From: Callorhinchus milii | Taxonomy: Eukaryota | Direction: 5' to 3' | Length of the DNA stretch: 64,000 bases | Assembly (NCBI RefSeq): GCF_018977255.1 | Contig: NW_024704742.1 | Span: forward strand, 45,758,001-45,822,000 | Shown: positions 52,681 to 64,000 of the stretch, one piece after another | How the letters are laid out: every line of letters starts with the position of its first letter | Position numbering within the stretch: the stretch's first letter is position 1 | Translations under genes and position numbers: made by a program | The notes under the pieces: generated by a model | What the model saw: only the letters and a program-made list of their open reading frames with translations | What the model was told of the DNA's origin: nothing | Database searches by the model: none

Positions 52681-53305
52681 AGACACAGTAAATGTATGTC
52701 TGCTCACCAAGTGGAAGAAGGGTTTGTGATTATTAACTCTTCACAGTGTCCAGTTATTGTGGTGTTTTTAATAGCCCAATTAAGTGGTGGGAAGTATTTA
52801 AAAATCTTTGGTTTTCAAACTGCAAAAGAATACATTGAAAGACTTCATTTGATCAATTTGCAAGTCTCGGACTTTCAAAGAGATTCTGGGAGAAGGGATG
52901 GGTGGACCACTTGATCAGATGGTCTTCTCCTGATTGAAATGGTGGCCATGTTACTATGATAGATTAGAAAGGACTCAGACAAGAACAATGGGAGATTTCT
53001 GAGACACAGAATACTAACTTAAGATCCTGAGAGCGTTCACAACTTTGTTCTCAGCTCCCTCTTGCCCATAGTCTCATCTTACTGTAAGAGAAAATACATT
53101 AATTTGATACAAATGTCAGTTAGATCAGAAGTTCACTCATGGAAAAGGTTCATATTAATTATTTCTTACTCCACTGAGAACAGTACCATGCTTATTTCAT
53201 CTATTATGCCGTGAATCTCTGGAGCTTCTTGTCCCCTCACTGCCCATCTTCAAATCACACTTGAAGCCTATTCTCTTGAACCATGCCTTCAGTCACCACC
53301 ACCCC

Positions 53306-53355
53306 CACACACACGCACACACACACGCACACACACACACACATGCACAAACACA
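53306..53355 (+). repeat. (CA)n microsatellite
   Basis: Direct reading, imperfect. Confidence 0.95.
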
Positions 53356-54689
53356 CCTTTCCTTTCTGGCTTGGCTACTATTGGCTTCAGTGCTCCTGTG
53401 CTCAGGAGCAGAAAACACTAATGGAAAATTGTGAAAATGTCACCTATGGAATAGAACCAGTCAAGGCTAAATAATAAATGCCTGGACTGGTGGATTGATA
53501 TCCTAACATTTTCACTTGATTACTTTATGAGTTCAGAGAGATATTGCACAACCTCAAAAGATTACATTGGGGGAAAGGTTCCCACAGAGCAAATTAAACT
53601 TGGTCTACAGGGTAGAGCTGACTCGATGACCTGATCAGATTGGCTGGCCCCAAAGCCTCAAAGCCAATACCTAATTTTGTCTTGGTCTAAGGGGTACAAA
53701 ATTTGACCTTCTGAGGCAGATGAATCCTTGGAAAGCACAATTAATCAAATTGAGCCAAATATACTGTCTCAAATTCATAAAAATGGTCATTTCCGGATCA
53801 AAATAGAATGATGCCAAAAAATAGCTTGAAACAGAAAAGGGACACAGTATTTAGCAAGGTGGATCACTAGACCTCCTGAGTGCCACCTCCATGATCGTAT
53901 TCCTGAACCTTAAATAAGGTTTCTTAAATAAGAGATGGAATGTGTTTAGGAATACTACAAATTTTACCTCTGATAAAAATAATTAGGCAATTTCTAATTC
54001 TTTCGTTGGTGATAACATTTACAATATTCCTGAACATGGAAGATCCAGGTAAACAAAAGTAATTGATAAATGAGTGCATGTTTAATTGATTTGTTCCTAC
54101 ATTTTGTATGGAGCCCAAATTGTAGCATGTGACATTATCACCAATGGTAATATCAAATGGCACAATTTTGCCCCTATGTCTGCATTGGTAACCATCTTGA
54201 TTATTTTATAAGTGTTATTTATGTGCTTCCCTTACTAAAGGCATAGCACTCTTGAATGTCTACATAGCTTTGTAGAGAAGGGGCATAGGGTGCCAATATG
54301 TGAATTATTGACTAACATTTGTGAAGGTAAGGCTGACATTTGTAGAGATTCCGTGACTAAATGAAAGAAACACAAATGGAAATGAACGTGGAGAACATTA
54401 ACTGTATATTCTTTCCAAAGGAGCAATTGAAACTGAAAATTAATTGTATATTATTATATAAGTGAGCCAGAAATTTTAAAAAATGGATGAAACTGATGAT
54501 CAAGCAGTGGAAGTGTTATCACAGCAAACTGCCATCATTTTTCACCCACAAAATGCACAGTCAATGCACTTTTACAGTATATCCGGTGAAGCGGTTTGAG
54601 ACATCTCAAGAACGTGATAAGGCACTGTATCAAATGCATGAATTATTATTACTATATTATTATCATAAAAATTTACAGAGCAAAAGGAG

Positions 54690-55050
54690 GCCTTTCAACC
54701 CATTGAGTCTGCACAGTGTGGAGAGGTGTTGGCAGGGAAGGAGGAACAAGACCATGGAAGGATTTCAAGGCAAAGATGAGGATTATGAATTCAGTACTCT
54801 GGGGGCTGGGGAGCCAGTGGTGTCTGGCGACAGTAGGGTGATAGGGTCACGGAGTCTGGTGCGAGAGAGGACATGAGCTGCAGAGTTCGGATGATCTGCA
54901 GCTTGTGGAGGGAAGCGTTGGGGAGGCAGACAAACAGGAAGTTGGTGTAGTCGAACCTAGATGTAAGAAATCCATGGATAAGGATCTCAGTGGCCTGAGG
55001 GGAGAGGCAGTGGCGGAGCCGGGAGATATTGCGGTGGTCAGGGAGGAAGA
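54690..55050 (-). mobile_element. L2 internal fragment
   Basis: Reverse complement resembles the SRLDY..LHKLQII..LHWLP region. Confidence 0.7.
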
Positions 55051-55379
55051 ACGGATCATGGCATCATTGCACTCAGTCTCTAGGTGTGGGGAGTACTGGC
55101 ATTTTAACACCATTTATTGCCTGTCCCTGGTGGCTCTGACAAGGTGGTAGTAGGCTTTCTCTTTACAAATGTGTAGTTTGCCAGCCATTTTTCAGAGGCA
55201 TACAGTATCCATACTGGAGTATGAATGTCTGATACAGGAGTCACAAGTAAACCAGATCATGTAAGGATGGTAGATTTACTTTCCTTATCATGAATTAGTT
55301 GTGATTTTATGAAATTCCAGCAGTTTGATGGCTATTTTTTCAGGAGCTAGTTCAGATTACAAATTTGCGAGAAAATGAT

Positions 55380-55660
55380 GTCTTTTGGATGAACTGTTCA
55401 TTCAAATTCTCACCTGCCTGCTCAGATGGATACTAAAGATCCAATGGCACTATTTGAAAAGAGAAGGACGTTTCTCCCAGTGTTGTGGCCCAGCCACTCT
55501 TCAGATAACATTGGTCACTTCACTGCTGTTGATGGGACATTGTTGCAACTGCTGCATTTGCCTACAAAATACATAATCATTACACTTTACAATAAATTCT
55601 GTGAAGTACTTTGAAACATTCTCCTGATGTAAAAGGTGCTACATCAAATGCAAGGATTTT
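55380..55660 (+). mobile_element. Old DeuSINE-type 3' half
   Basis: gatggatactaaagatccaatggcactatttgaa..cccagtgttgtggcc, tail atcaaatgcaagg. Confidence 0.65.
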
Positions 55661-58600
55661 TTTTCACTTTCAGTCAGAATGTTAAAACTACACAACGTTT
55701 TAGTCTCAAATCAACATGAAAACAAACCACAATATCTGCGAATACTAGTTGTTCTCCATTCTTTTCCTTTAGTTTGGGTTCACCATCCCAAGTACTGAGA
55801 GAAAGTTCCTTTGAATAGCTCCTTTGTTGCTTGGGGTAATTTAGCTCTCAGTTTTCCCTCAAGTAGCTATTTCCTCACCTGATTTGCATTCCTACACCCC
55901 CCCTGTCCATAGCCTTTCATTCTCTTCACTCAAAGGTCTGAATCCAGGAAAGGTGTATTGACAGAGGTGTCCCATTTCTAGGTCTCCTTTGGCAACGACA
56001 GAAACCACAAATTACATTCGTATAGCGCCTTTCACATCGAGAAGATGTCCTAAGACATTCGACAGTCAAGGTTTTGAAAAATTTTACAACTCAACCCTGT
56101 TGCACACCACTAACTAGTATTGGCCTTCTAAACTTAACTAACTAAGCAGGGTTGGAGTCTGAAACATTTACTGTTCTCTATGGCTCACTGTGACACAACA
56201 GTCAATTTACAGATTTGAGGCAACTTATACAATATTTTTAATCTAAAATAAGTAACTATCACTCCTAATGAATAACACTTGGCTGGTTTGCACCTATAGG
56301 ACCAATTTAATAATCTGTATGGCCTAAAGATTAAGATGAAAATAAAATATAATTGACTTTGACAGTGTTGTTAATTACTGGCTGTGGAACCTTGTATCTG
56401 GATTAATGTATTTTACTGATCAAACAGCACTGAAGTCACTGCATGTGCATATATATTGGGAGATGGTTTGCGTATAAGTGTGAACAAACATGACACTTTC
56501 CCTGGTGATATTATTAGTTTGTCTTCAATTCCTCCTCTGTCCCTGTCTTGGTTGATGTCTGGCAGTGAGTGAATCCCCCTGACTTTGTCACAACGATTGA
56601 GTTTGAAGCCAACCTGCGGCCACTATTGGACTTGATGCCCTATGGATTTCACAGCTAGTTCCCAGGACACTAGCTTACTTCAATATCAAAAGTGTCTTGG
56701 CCTCTATCATCTTTTCTGGTAATCTGTTCCAGCTGCTCATTATCCTCTGTATAAATAAATAATGTACTTTCTGGTGTCTGTCCTGAACTTGCCCAGCACA
56801 ATGCTAAATACGTGCACTAATGCCCTGTTGCCTTGGTGAAGCTAAAATAATTTGTTGCTTGCTTTTTTTCTATCCCATTTAGCATCTTATATACTTGTAT
56901 AAAATTCTCTTCCAAGACTTCTGTTTTCAAGAGACTATGCTCCTCGGGGGCAAAGTAAGTGTGGTCTCCTTGTAGTTCAACAGCCCGTTTATTGGCAATG
57001 GAATGCTGCAATTGAATATAAACTTTCTGGTTCTTGAGCAAAGCAGATCCATAGTAATCCAGGGCACTGCTGATGGCAGACCAGCTAGCCTGGCATAGCA
57101 GCAGCAATTGAAGACAGTATGGGGTCAGGGACTTTTCCCACTCGAAACCCTGCATTAACCCTGCAAGCCAAAGCTCTCAGTGGCTCTAGCAGTATGCCCA
57201 CACACACTCTGGGGTTCCAATGATTGGTTGTTGCCAACCTACGCCTAATACTCTCAGGAAATAGGTAAGCACATTTTTCTGGGGCAAGAATGCATATTTC
57301 ATTCCAGATATAGGAATTTCCATGTGTAGATGGGATGCAATGAATTTTCAGTTTGGTTTGAATTGTCTTAAGCATCTTAATGGGTATCCACTTGTGTCAG
57401 ACACCCAGCTAATTAAAAAAAAGTCTCTTTTCAAGGTAGAAGAATCTTATTGTTCATTCTCTAACACTGGGGATCAGCCTCAGAGTTTACCTCTGCACTG
57501 CCTCCAGTTCCTGGGGAACCTTCTTATTCTGGTGACCAGATTGTAAGCAATACATCAGGTGTGGCCTGATCAGAGGTTTGTACAATTTGAGCATGACTTC
57601 TTGGATCTGAACGCAGTTAATTTGGTACGGTAGTTTGGCTGATCAATCTTATCCTTCTGGACTGTTTCTTTGCTGGAGATGAAATACGGTGAATGGCTCA
57701 CCAGACTGTCTCTTGCAGTATTGTGTGTTTTTAAGAAACATTGTCAATATCACAATGTAAAGGTTCACTTAGCGATTCAGAACATAATAGACTATTGCTA
57801 CTTTACAATGTGTCTACACAATTCCATCAAATGTGACTGGGACCCGTTATCTATTTTGGGAAATAGGCAATGAAAGAAAAATGTGGAAATTATTTATGGG
57901 GGAAACTATTACATTATATATTATCTCCAAAACAAATAAGGGAAACCAAGAGAAGGAAGAAAGAAGGTAGGAATATGGATCTATGCTTAGCCATTTAGGT
58001 AAAAGTGATTGATTACGGATAAGAGTTAGAATCATGGATATTTTACAAATATGACGGAAGATGCTTGTTTTAGTTATTTAGGGTTAGTAGCATGATTATG
58101 TATTACATTTCAGTAGGCTATTAATAAAATGCAGCATTATTGTATATTTTAGGGTCACAATGAGTGAACTGGAAGCTTACATAGCTGATCAACTTCCTTA
58201 CTAACTTCTTTCTTTATTTCCTATTTCTTTCGGCAATAAAATTAGTCTTCTGCTCTGAGAAATGAGCACTCCAGTACATTACAGGCAGTAGGGCCATCTT
58301 CAAACAAAATATTAGCTCCAAATAATAATAAAGATTTTTTGAAACATCATAAAACACTTGACAGGTAATTGCTGTCAAGTGTCGTGACTGTGCAATTTGC
58401 AGGCAAAGCAATCTGAATTGCAACAAGCCAGATGCTATCGGAAACATCTGAACACTGCTTATGTATAAAATATTTGGATTTAAACCTCCTTTTCAAATAT
58501 CTGAATTTTTTTCCTCTCAACTCAATTTTCCTCCTTTATTTTCCTATCTATTTCCTGAAGCAGTGCCATATGCTGAAGTACGGTTCAAAAGCTCCACATA

Positions 58601-59937
58601 TTTGAATACGAGTAGAGAATAGTGACTTGTCACCAGCACAGAACAGCACAAGCTTGATCGAATTCAAGAACTGCATACCTGAATATGTAATCACCTAGAA
58701 TTGTTTTTGTGTTAGTGACAGGAATGGTAGATTTTAAAAAAATGCTGTCTGTGCCAAAAAGCCAGTTTTATAGGCCTAGAGGTTCATGTAGGCATTGCTT
58801 TGAATTAGACAGCGTATCATCTTGTACGTTGCATGATGGAAAAGAAAACCCATGGTGATTAACGTTTACATTGCATTCTCTTCTGGCTCCAGAATTTTAA
58901 AAAATGGTCTCCTCGACAATTTCATACATTATGCATACCAAGTGAAAGTGAAAATAATAATAATATCCTTGTGTGTAATAGAAGATGAATGGATTGAATT
59001 ATGAAGCAAACAATCGTTGAGAAGAAGCATTCAGATGGGTTTTAGCTCTTTCTTCGACTTTTCTTTTAGCTGTTGGAAATCATAAGCCTGTAAGTGACCA
59101 CAGATGCTTCTGTTGACCTTGTCACATCCAAAGAAGATCAAATAAAAAACATGCACAAACTCATATGCACATTTTCCTTTTTTCAGGAAGAAAGTGTTTG
59201 ATTTAGCTCCTGTTCTGAACATGGAAATAATACGAATAACTTGAAAGTATTACCATCTGGTTAGCTAAGCTTTGTAATTTAATTTGAAGTGACACAAATA
59301 AATCAATAGGATGAAATGGGGTAATGTTCAAAGCCTGAGACAAGACATGGTATCAATTAATATGCTTATTTATAGATCTGAGTTATCCTGTTTATTACCT
59401 ATCACCTAACTCAACTGTATTTTCGCTTTATTGAGAAGGACGTTCTATGAAAAGCTTCAAAGTTTGTGTAAATGAGAAACTTATTTCCAACCTTGCTTTA
59501 AGTGTAATTTCCAGTGAATTAAATTAAAACATTTTTGCCATTTATGTTACACCCTTTAAAATAGCCATTTAAATATTATTAAAAGGAAAGTCAGGATGAA
59601 TGTTTTATTATAATTCTTGCATTTAACCTTTGCCTTTGGAGCTCCTTTACTTCAGGTAATCCACTCCCGAATTGAGTGCTGCTGATCCTGTAATCTGGCG
59701 GAAGAGCCTCCAGGGTTTCTTGAGAACATAAACACGTCAGCACCTTCTTGACTACAAGGTAAAGCAGATGTGCATTAAGGTACTTTTCAACATCAAAAAT
59801 GGATGCTCTTCAGTAAATTACTATTGGATTTCCTTTCCGCAATTAATGGCAAGATATCTAAACAAATTAACATATAAAGAAGACCACTCTATTGCATTTC
59901 CCAGGCCAGGGCAATGAGATACTCAAATTGATGCACA

Positions 59938-62900
59938 CAATAACAACAACAACTTAGATTTATATAGCGCCCTCCACACCGGACGGCATCTCAGAGCGCT
60001 TCACAGTAACAGACCCCGGAGCCAAGCCGGGGAGAGGAGGAGGAGGGTGACTAAAGGCACGGTCGAAAAGAAAGGTCTTCAGCAGGAACCTGAAAATAGG
60101 AAGAAAGGGAACGAGGGGAAGGGAGTGAGGAAGGGAATTCCAGAGCCTCGGGGCGTAATGGCTGAAGCCACGGCCGCCAAGGGTGGGTGGAGGACTCAGA
60201 GGATGAGAAGGAGGCCAGACCCGGAGGAACGAAAGCAAAGGGTACTGTTTTGAGGAGAGAGGAGTTCAGAGAGGTAGAGGGGTGCAGAGAAGTGGAGGGA
60301 CTTCAATACAAGGGTGAGGATCTTGAAGTTGATCTTCTCTGGGATAGGGAGTCAGTACAGTCTGGCAAGGACTGGGGAGATCGAGGAGCAGAGTTTCGTA
60401 CGGGTGAGAATGCGGGTGGCAGAGTTATGAATGATTTGGATTTTATGGATGGTAGTGGATGGGAGACCGGCGAGGAGAGCATTAGAGTAGTCCAGCCGAG
60501 ACGTGACAAAGGCATAGACCAGGGTTTCAGCGGCTTCCTGAGAGAGGTTTTGGCAGAGACGGGCAATGCATCGGAGGTGGAAGAAGGCGGTGCTGGTGAG
60601 GGACCAGATGTGGGGGAGAAAGGATAATTGGGGATTGAACCTGACGCCTAGGTTGCGTACGGGTTTGGAGAGTTTTAGGGGGAGGTTGGGTAGGTGGAGG
60701 TGGTGAGAGCCGTGAGATTTTAGATGTTGACGAGAGCCAAAGAGTATGGGAGTATGGCTTCCATCTTGTCAACGTTCAGCTGAAGGAAATTTGCACTGAT
60801 CCAGCCCCTGAGATTTGACAGGCAGGCTGACAGAACATCAGGGGACTGGGGGTCGCAAAGATAGGTGGAAAAATAGAGTTGAGTGTCGTCCACGTACCTC
60901 TGTGGATGATATCCCGAAGAGGGAGCATATAGATCAGAAAGAGGAGGGCGTCAAGGATGGATCCTTGGGGTAACCCGCAGGTAACCGGGTGAGAGAGGGA
61001 GGAGAAGCCATTTGTGCAGATGTACTGCTGGCGATTTGTGAGGTAGGATTCGAACCAGGCGAGTGTGGTCCCACTAAGGTGGATGATGGAGCAAAGGCGG
61101 TGGAGGAGGATGGCGTGATCGACTGTGTTGAACGCCGCAGCGAGGTCCAGGAGGACAAGGAGGCACAGATAGAGAGGATATCGTTTGTGACTTTCACAAG
61201 CGCAGTCTCTGTACTGTGGGCAGGGCGGAAACCGGACTGGAGGGGTTTGAAGAGGGAATGGGAGGAGAGGTGGGCGTGAAGTTGATTATCAACAATGCGT
61301 TCTAGAACTTTTGCAAGGAAGGGCAGGTTTGAAATAAGGCATTAGTGGCCGGGGTTTGAGGGATCTAGGGAAGGTTTCTTGAGGAGGGGGTGATGACAGC
61401 AGTTTTGAGGGGGGCAGGGATTGATCCAGAGGAGAGGGACTGTTTGATGACATTAGCCAGTAGTGGGCAGAGGAGGGGGAACTGGGTGACAGCAGTTTGG
61501 TGGGGATGGGGTCGAGGCAGCAGGTGGTGGGTTTCATGGAGGAGATGGTGGGTGAGAGGGAGGCGGGAGAGATCGGGGATGAAGGAATGTAGGATGGGGG
61601 TCGTGGTAGGAGCAGATGATGGGGAGGGTGAGGAGGACAGAGAGGGCGTGGTGGTGGGTGACAAGAGGCAGGTGGATGAGGCTGACTGGCGGATGTTGTG
61701 AATTTTAGATGTAAAGAAGTCCATGACCTCCTCGCACTTGGCATTTGATGTGAAGATTGAAGAGGCCTGAGGGGGTGCATGGAGGAGGTAGCGAGTGGTG
61801 GAAAAAAGGATTTTAGGGTTGCATTTAGCCTCCAAGATGATGTTGGAGTAGAAGACCATTTTTGCATGTGTCAAAGAACGGCGGTAGCTGTAGAGATGCT
61901 CGAACCACAGTTGGTGGTGAACTGTCAGGCCAGTTTTCCGCCATCTGTGCTCGAGCAGCCAGATTTTGGTTTTTAGGCGGCGGAGATAGTTGTTATACCA
62001 GGGGGATTGGGTGGGTTTAGAGATGGTCCTGGATTTCGGGGGGAACGAGGGATTTGAAGGTGGAGGAGAGGCGATCATGGAGCAGCTGGACGGCTACTTC
62101 AGGATCTCCTCGAGTGTAAGGCCAGAGGGATAGGATGTTTGATGAAGTGAGGGCTTTTGTGAGGGTCTCAGGTGGTAGCCTTTTCCATGGGTGGTAGAGG
62201 ATGGTTGAGGGCTTGGTGAAGGAGAGAAGGATGTGAGAGGAGAAGGAGATGAGGAAGTGGTAATAATGAGGTCAAGGGCATGACCACGGTTGTGGGTTGG
62301 TGAATTTATATGAAGAGTGAAGTTTGGGGAGGAGAGGAGGACAGTGAAGTCGGAAGAAGTGATGCAATGGGAGTTTAGGTGGAGGTTAAAATCGCCCATT
62401 ATGAGCAGGCGCTCGGAGCAGAGGGACAGGGAAGAGAGGAGAGTAGAGATGTCTGTGTGGAAGTAGCCGGGCGGCTTAGGGGGGCGGTAGACAAGGAGGA
62501 TTTTCAATGGGAGAGAGGGGTGGAAGAGAGTGATGTGCTCGAAGGAGGGGAAGCAGCCAGAGGAGTAGGGGGTAAGACCAAGGGAGGCTTTGGAGATGAG
62601 GGCCACCCTACCGCATGTTGGTTTGGACGGGGGGTGTGGTGGAAGGTGTAGCCTGGAGAGGAGGTTTCCACAAGGGGGATGGGGTCATTGGGGGAGAACC
62701 AGGTTTCAGTGAGCCCAAGAATGTCAAGGTGCTCGTCCAGGATGAGGTCATGGATTGTGAGGACTTTGTTTGAGAGGGAACGGATGTTTTGGAGGGATAT
62801 GCGGGTGGGTTTGCTGGAGGGAGGGGAGGGAGGAGAGAGTGAACCGGAGAGGATTTTAGGGTATACGGGAGAGATGGTTGTGGAGAGTAGTGTGAGTGGA

Positions 62901-63262
62901 GAGTTGGGGAGGGTACGTATGAGGGAGGGGGAAGTTGGGTTTGCCTTAAGGAGGCGGTTTGTGCAGATGGAGTGAATGATTGGACACTTGGGGTTGCTGC
63001 TCTGGGTCGACCAGTGCCAGGAGCCACGGTGGGCCCGGCGGAGAATGCCCAGGCTGGAGCAGAGGGAAATGGTGATGGGGTCAAGGAGAGAGAGAAGGCG
63101 GGGAGGGCAGTGGGAGAGAAGGACAGAGTGGGAGTAGCGGATAGAAGGGGGTGGGAGGAGAGACATTTGGAGTGGTGGGGGAGGCTTGGGTCGTGACGGC
63201 AGCCAAAACGCGCACGCAGAGACCGGGAGCGAGCGATCAGCGGGACGGCATCAGCCCTCAGG
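59938..63262 (-). mobile_element. Long degenerate L2 of a second family (different 3' stem-loop)
   Basis: Minus-strand LGILRRAHRG, QNIRSL, LTETW, GDFN, SPWYN, KVTNDIL in broken frames; tail gagatgccgtccggtgtggagggcgctatataaatctaagttgttg. Confidence 0.92.
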
Positions 63263-64000
63263 CTCAGATAAAATGTACTGTATAATGTACACAAGTGAGA
63301 GCAATTGTGGGAAATGGAAAATGAAGATGCATGTTGTATGAAGGAGGTTTGTTTATTTAGAATGATAGAACCATACCAAATCATGGCACAGGAGAAGGCC
63401 ATTCAACCCGTTGTGTCTGTGCCAGAATCCAAGGAAAGGGCAGGTAAATGCGAGTGAATGGAATGCTGTTGTGGCAAGGATTGCCATTTGAGCAAGAATT
63501 CTTCTTCCTCTTTGTAAAGCATTTTAAATTAAAAGTGCCCCTGAATCCAAGGTGCTTAACTGGATGTTTGCAAATGGCTACATCTGGGTCACTTCGGTTA
63601 ATCATCCCGTTACGTTTCAACCTTCTTAGCATGAATTCCCATTATACATCCCCATAACCATGGCTAGTAATTTCACTGACAGGGGGATTTCACTTTGCTG
63701 CAGTCTTGAAACACACAGTAGAATATGTTTACTGATGAGAACTTGCAGAGCAGCATGTTACATACTTTTAAGAATTAAATTCATTATTCATGTGGGGATA
63801 TTCAAAATGAATGCAAAATAATTCGCCCATAAAACACACAGTCTCTCCACTTATCCTATGCAATAATTTGAGAGATTATCTTCTGAAAGGCACTATACCA
63901 AATGTAAGTATTATTTTTATTATTATAAAAGGACCACATTGTTTTGTTTGCCCACAGTCAGTTGAGATCTCTTGACTATGATTTTGCAATATATTTACAA

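Noticed and set aside
58555..58625. ITIM-like exon (VPYAEVRF)
   Set aside because: Overlaps a reverse-strand AmnSINE2-like 3' relic; likely coincidence
59656..59758. Selenoprotein exon (ECC-TGA-SC)
   Set aside because: No recognisable selenoprotein homology or SECIS element visible

Overview
AT-rich, repeat-dense vertebrate genomic DNA. The repeat repertoire (C-rich L2 LINEs with (TTG)n tails, tRNA-headed DeuSINE-type SINEs sharing the L2 3' stem-loop, CR1 tails ending in ATTCTATG, AmnSINE2-like relics) suggests a cartilaginous fish such as a chimaera; that is inference. No host protein-coding gene could be identified, so the window is probably intronic or intergenic. Main structures: (1) a young, probably near-full-length L2 (4079-7917) inserted into an older SINE with a TTACTG target duplication. 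It has a CpG-rich 5' region with tandem monomers, a splice-donor/acceptor-bounded 80-nt segment, and a 53-bp inverted copy of that monomer inserted into its endonuclease domain. (2) A 2.2-kb non-coding LTR element (37267-39458, minus strand, tRNA-Ser PBS, PPT, 4-bp TSD) nested in another L2. (3) A ~300-bp fold-back palindrome whose loop is a SINE 3' tail (50088-50389). (4) Several decayed L2, CR1 and SINE copies and an unclassified repeat family. (5) A few weak exon, enhancer and hairpin candidates. All family names come from visual recognition; no database search was run.
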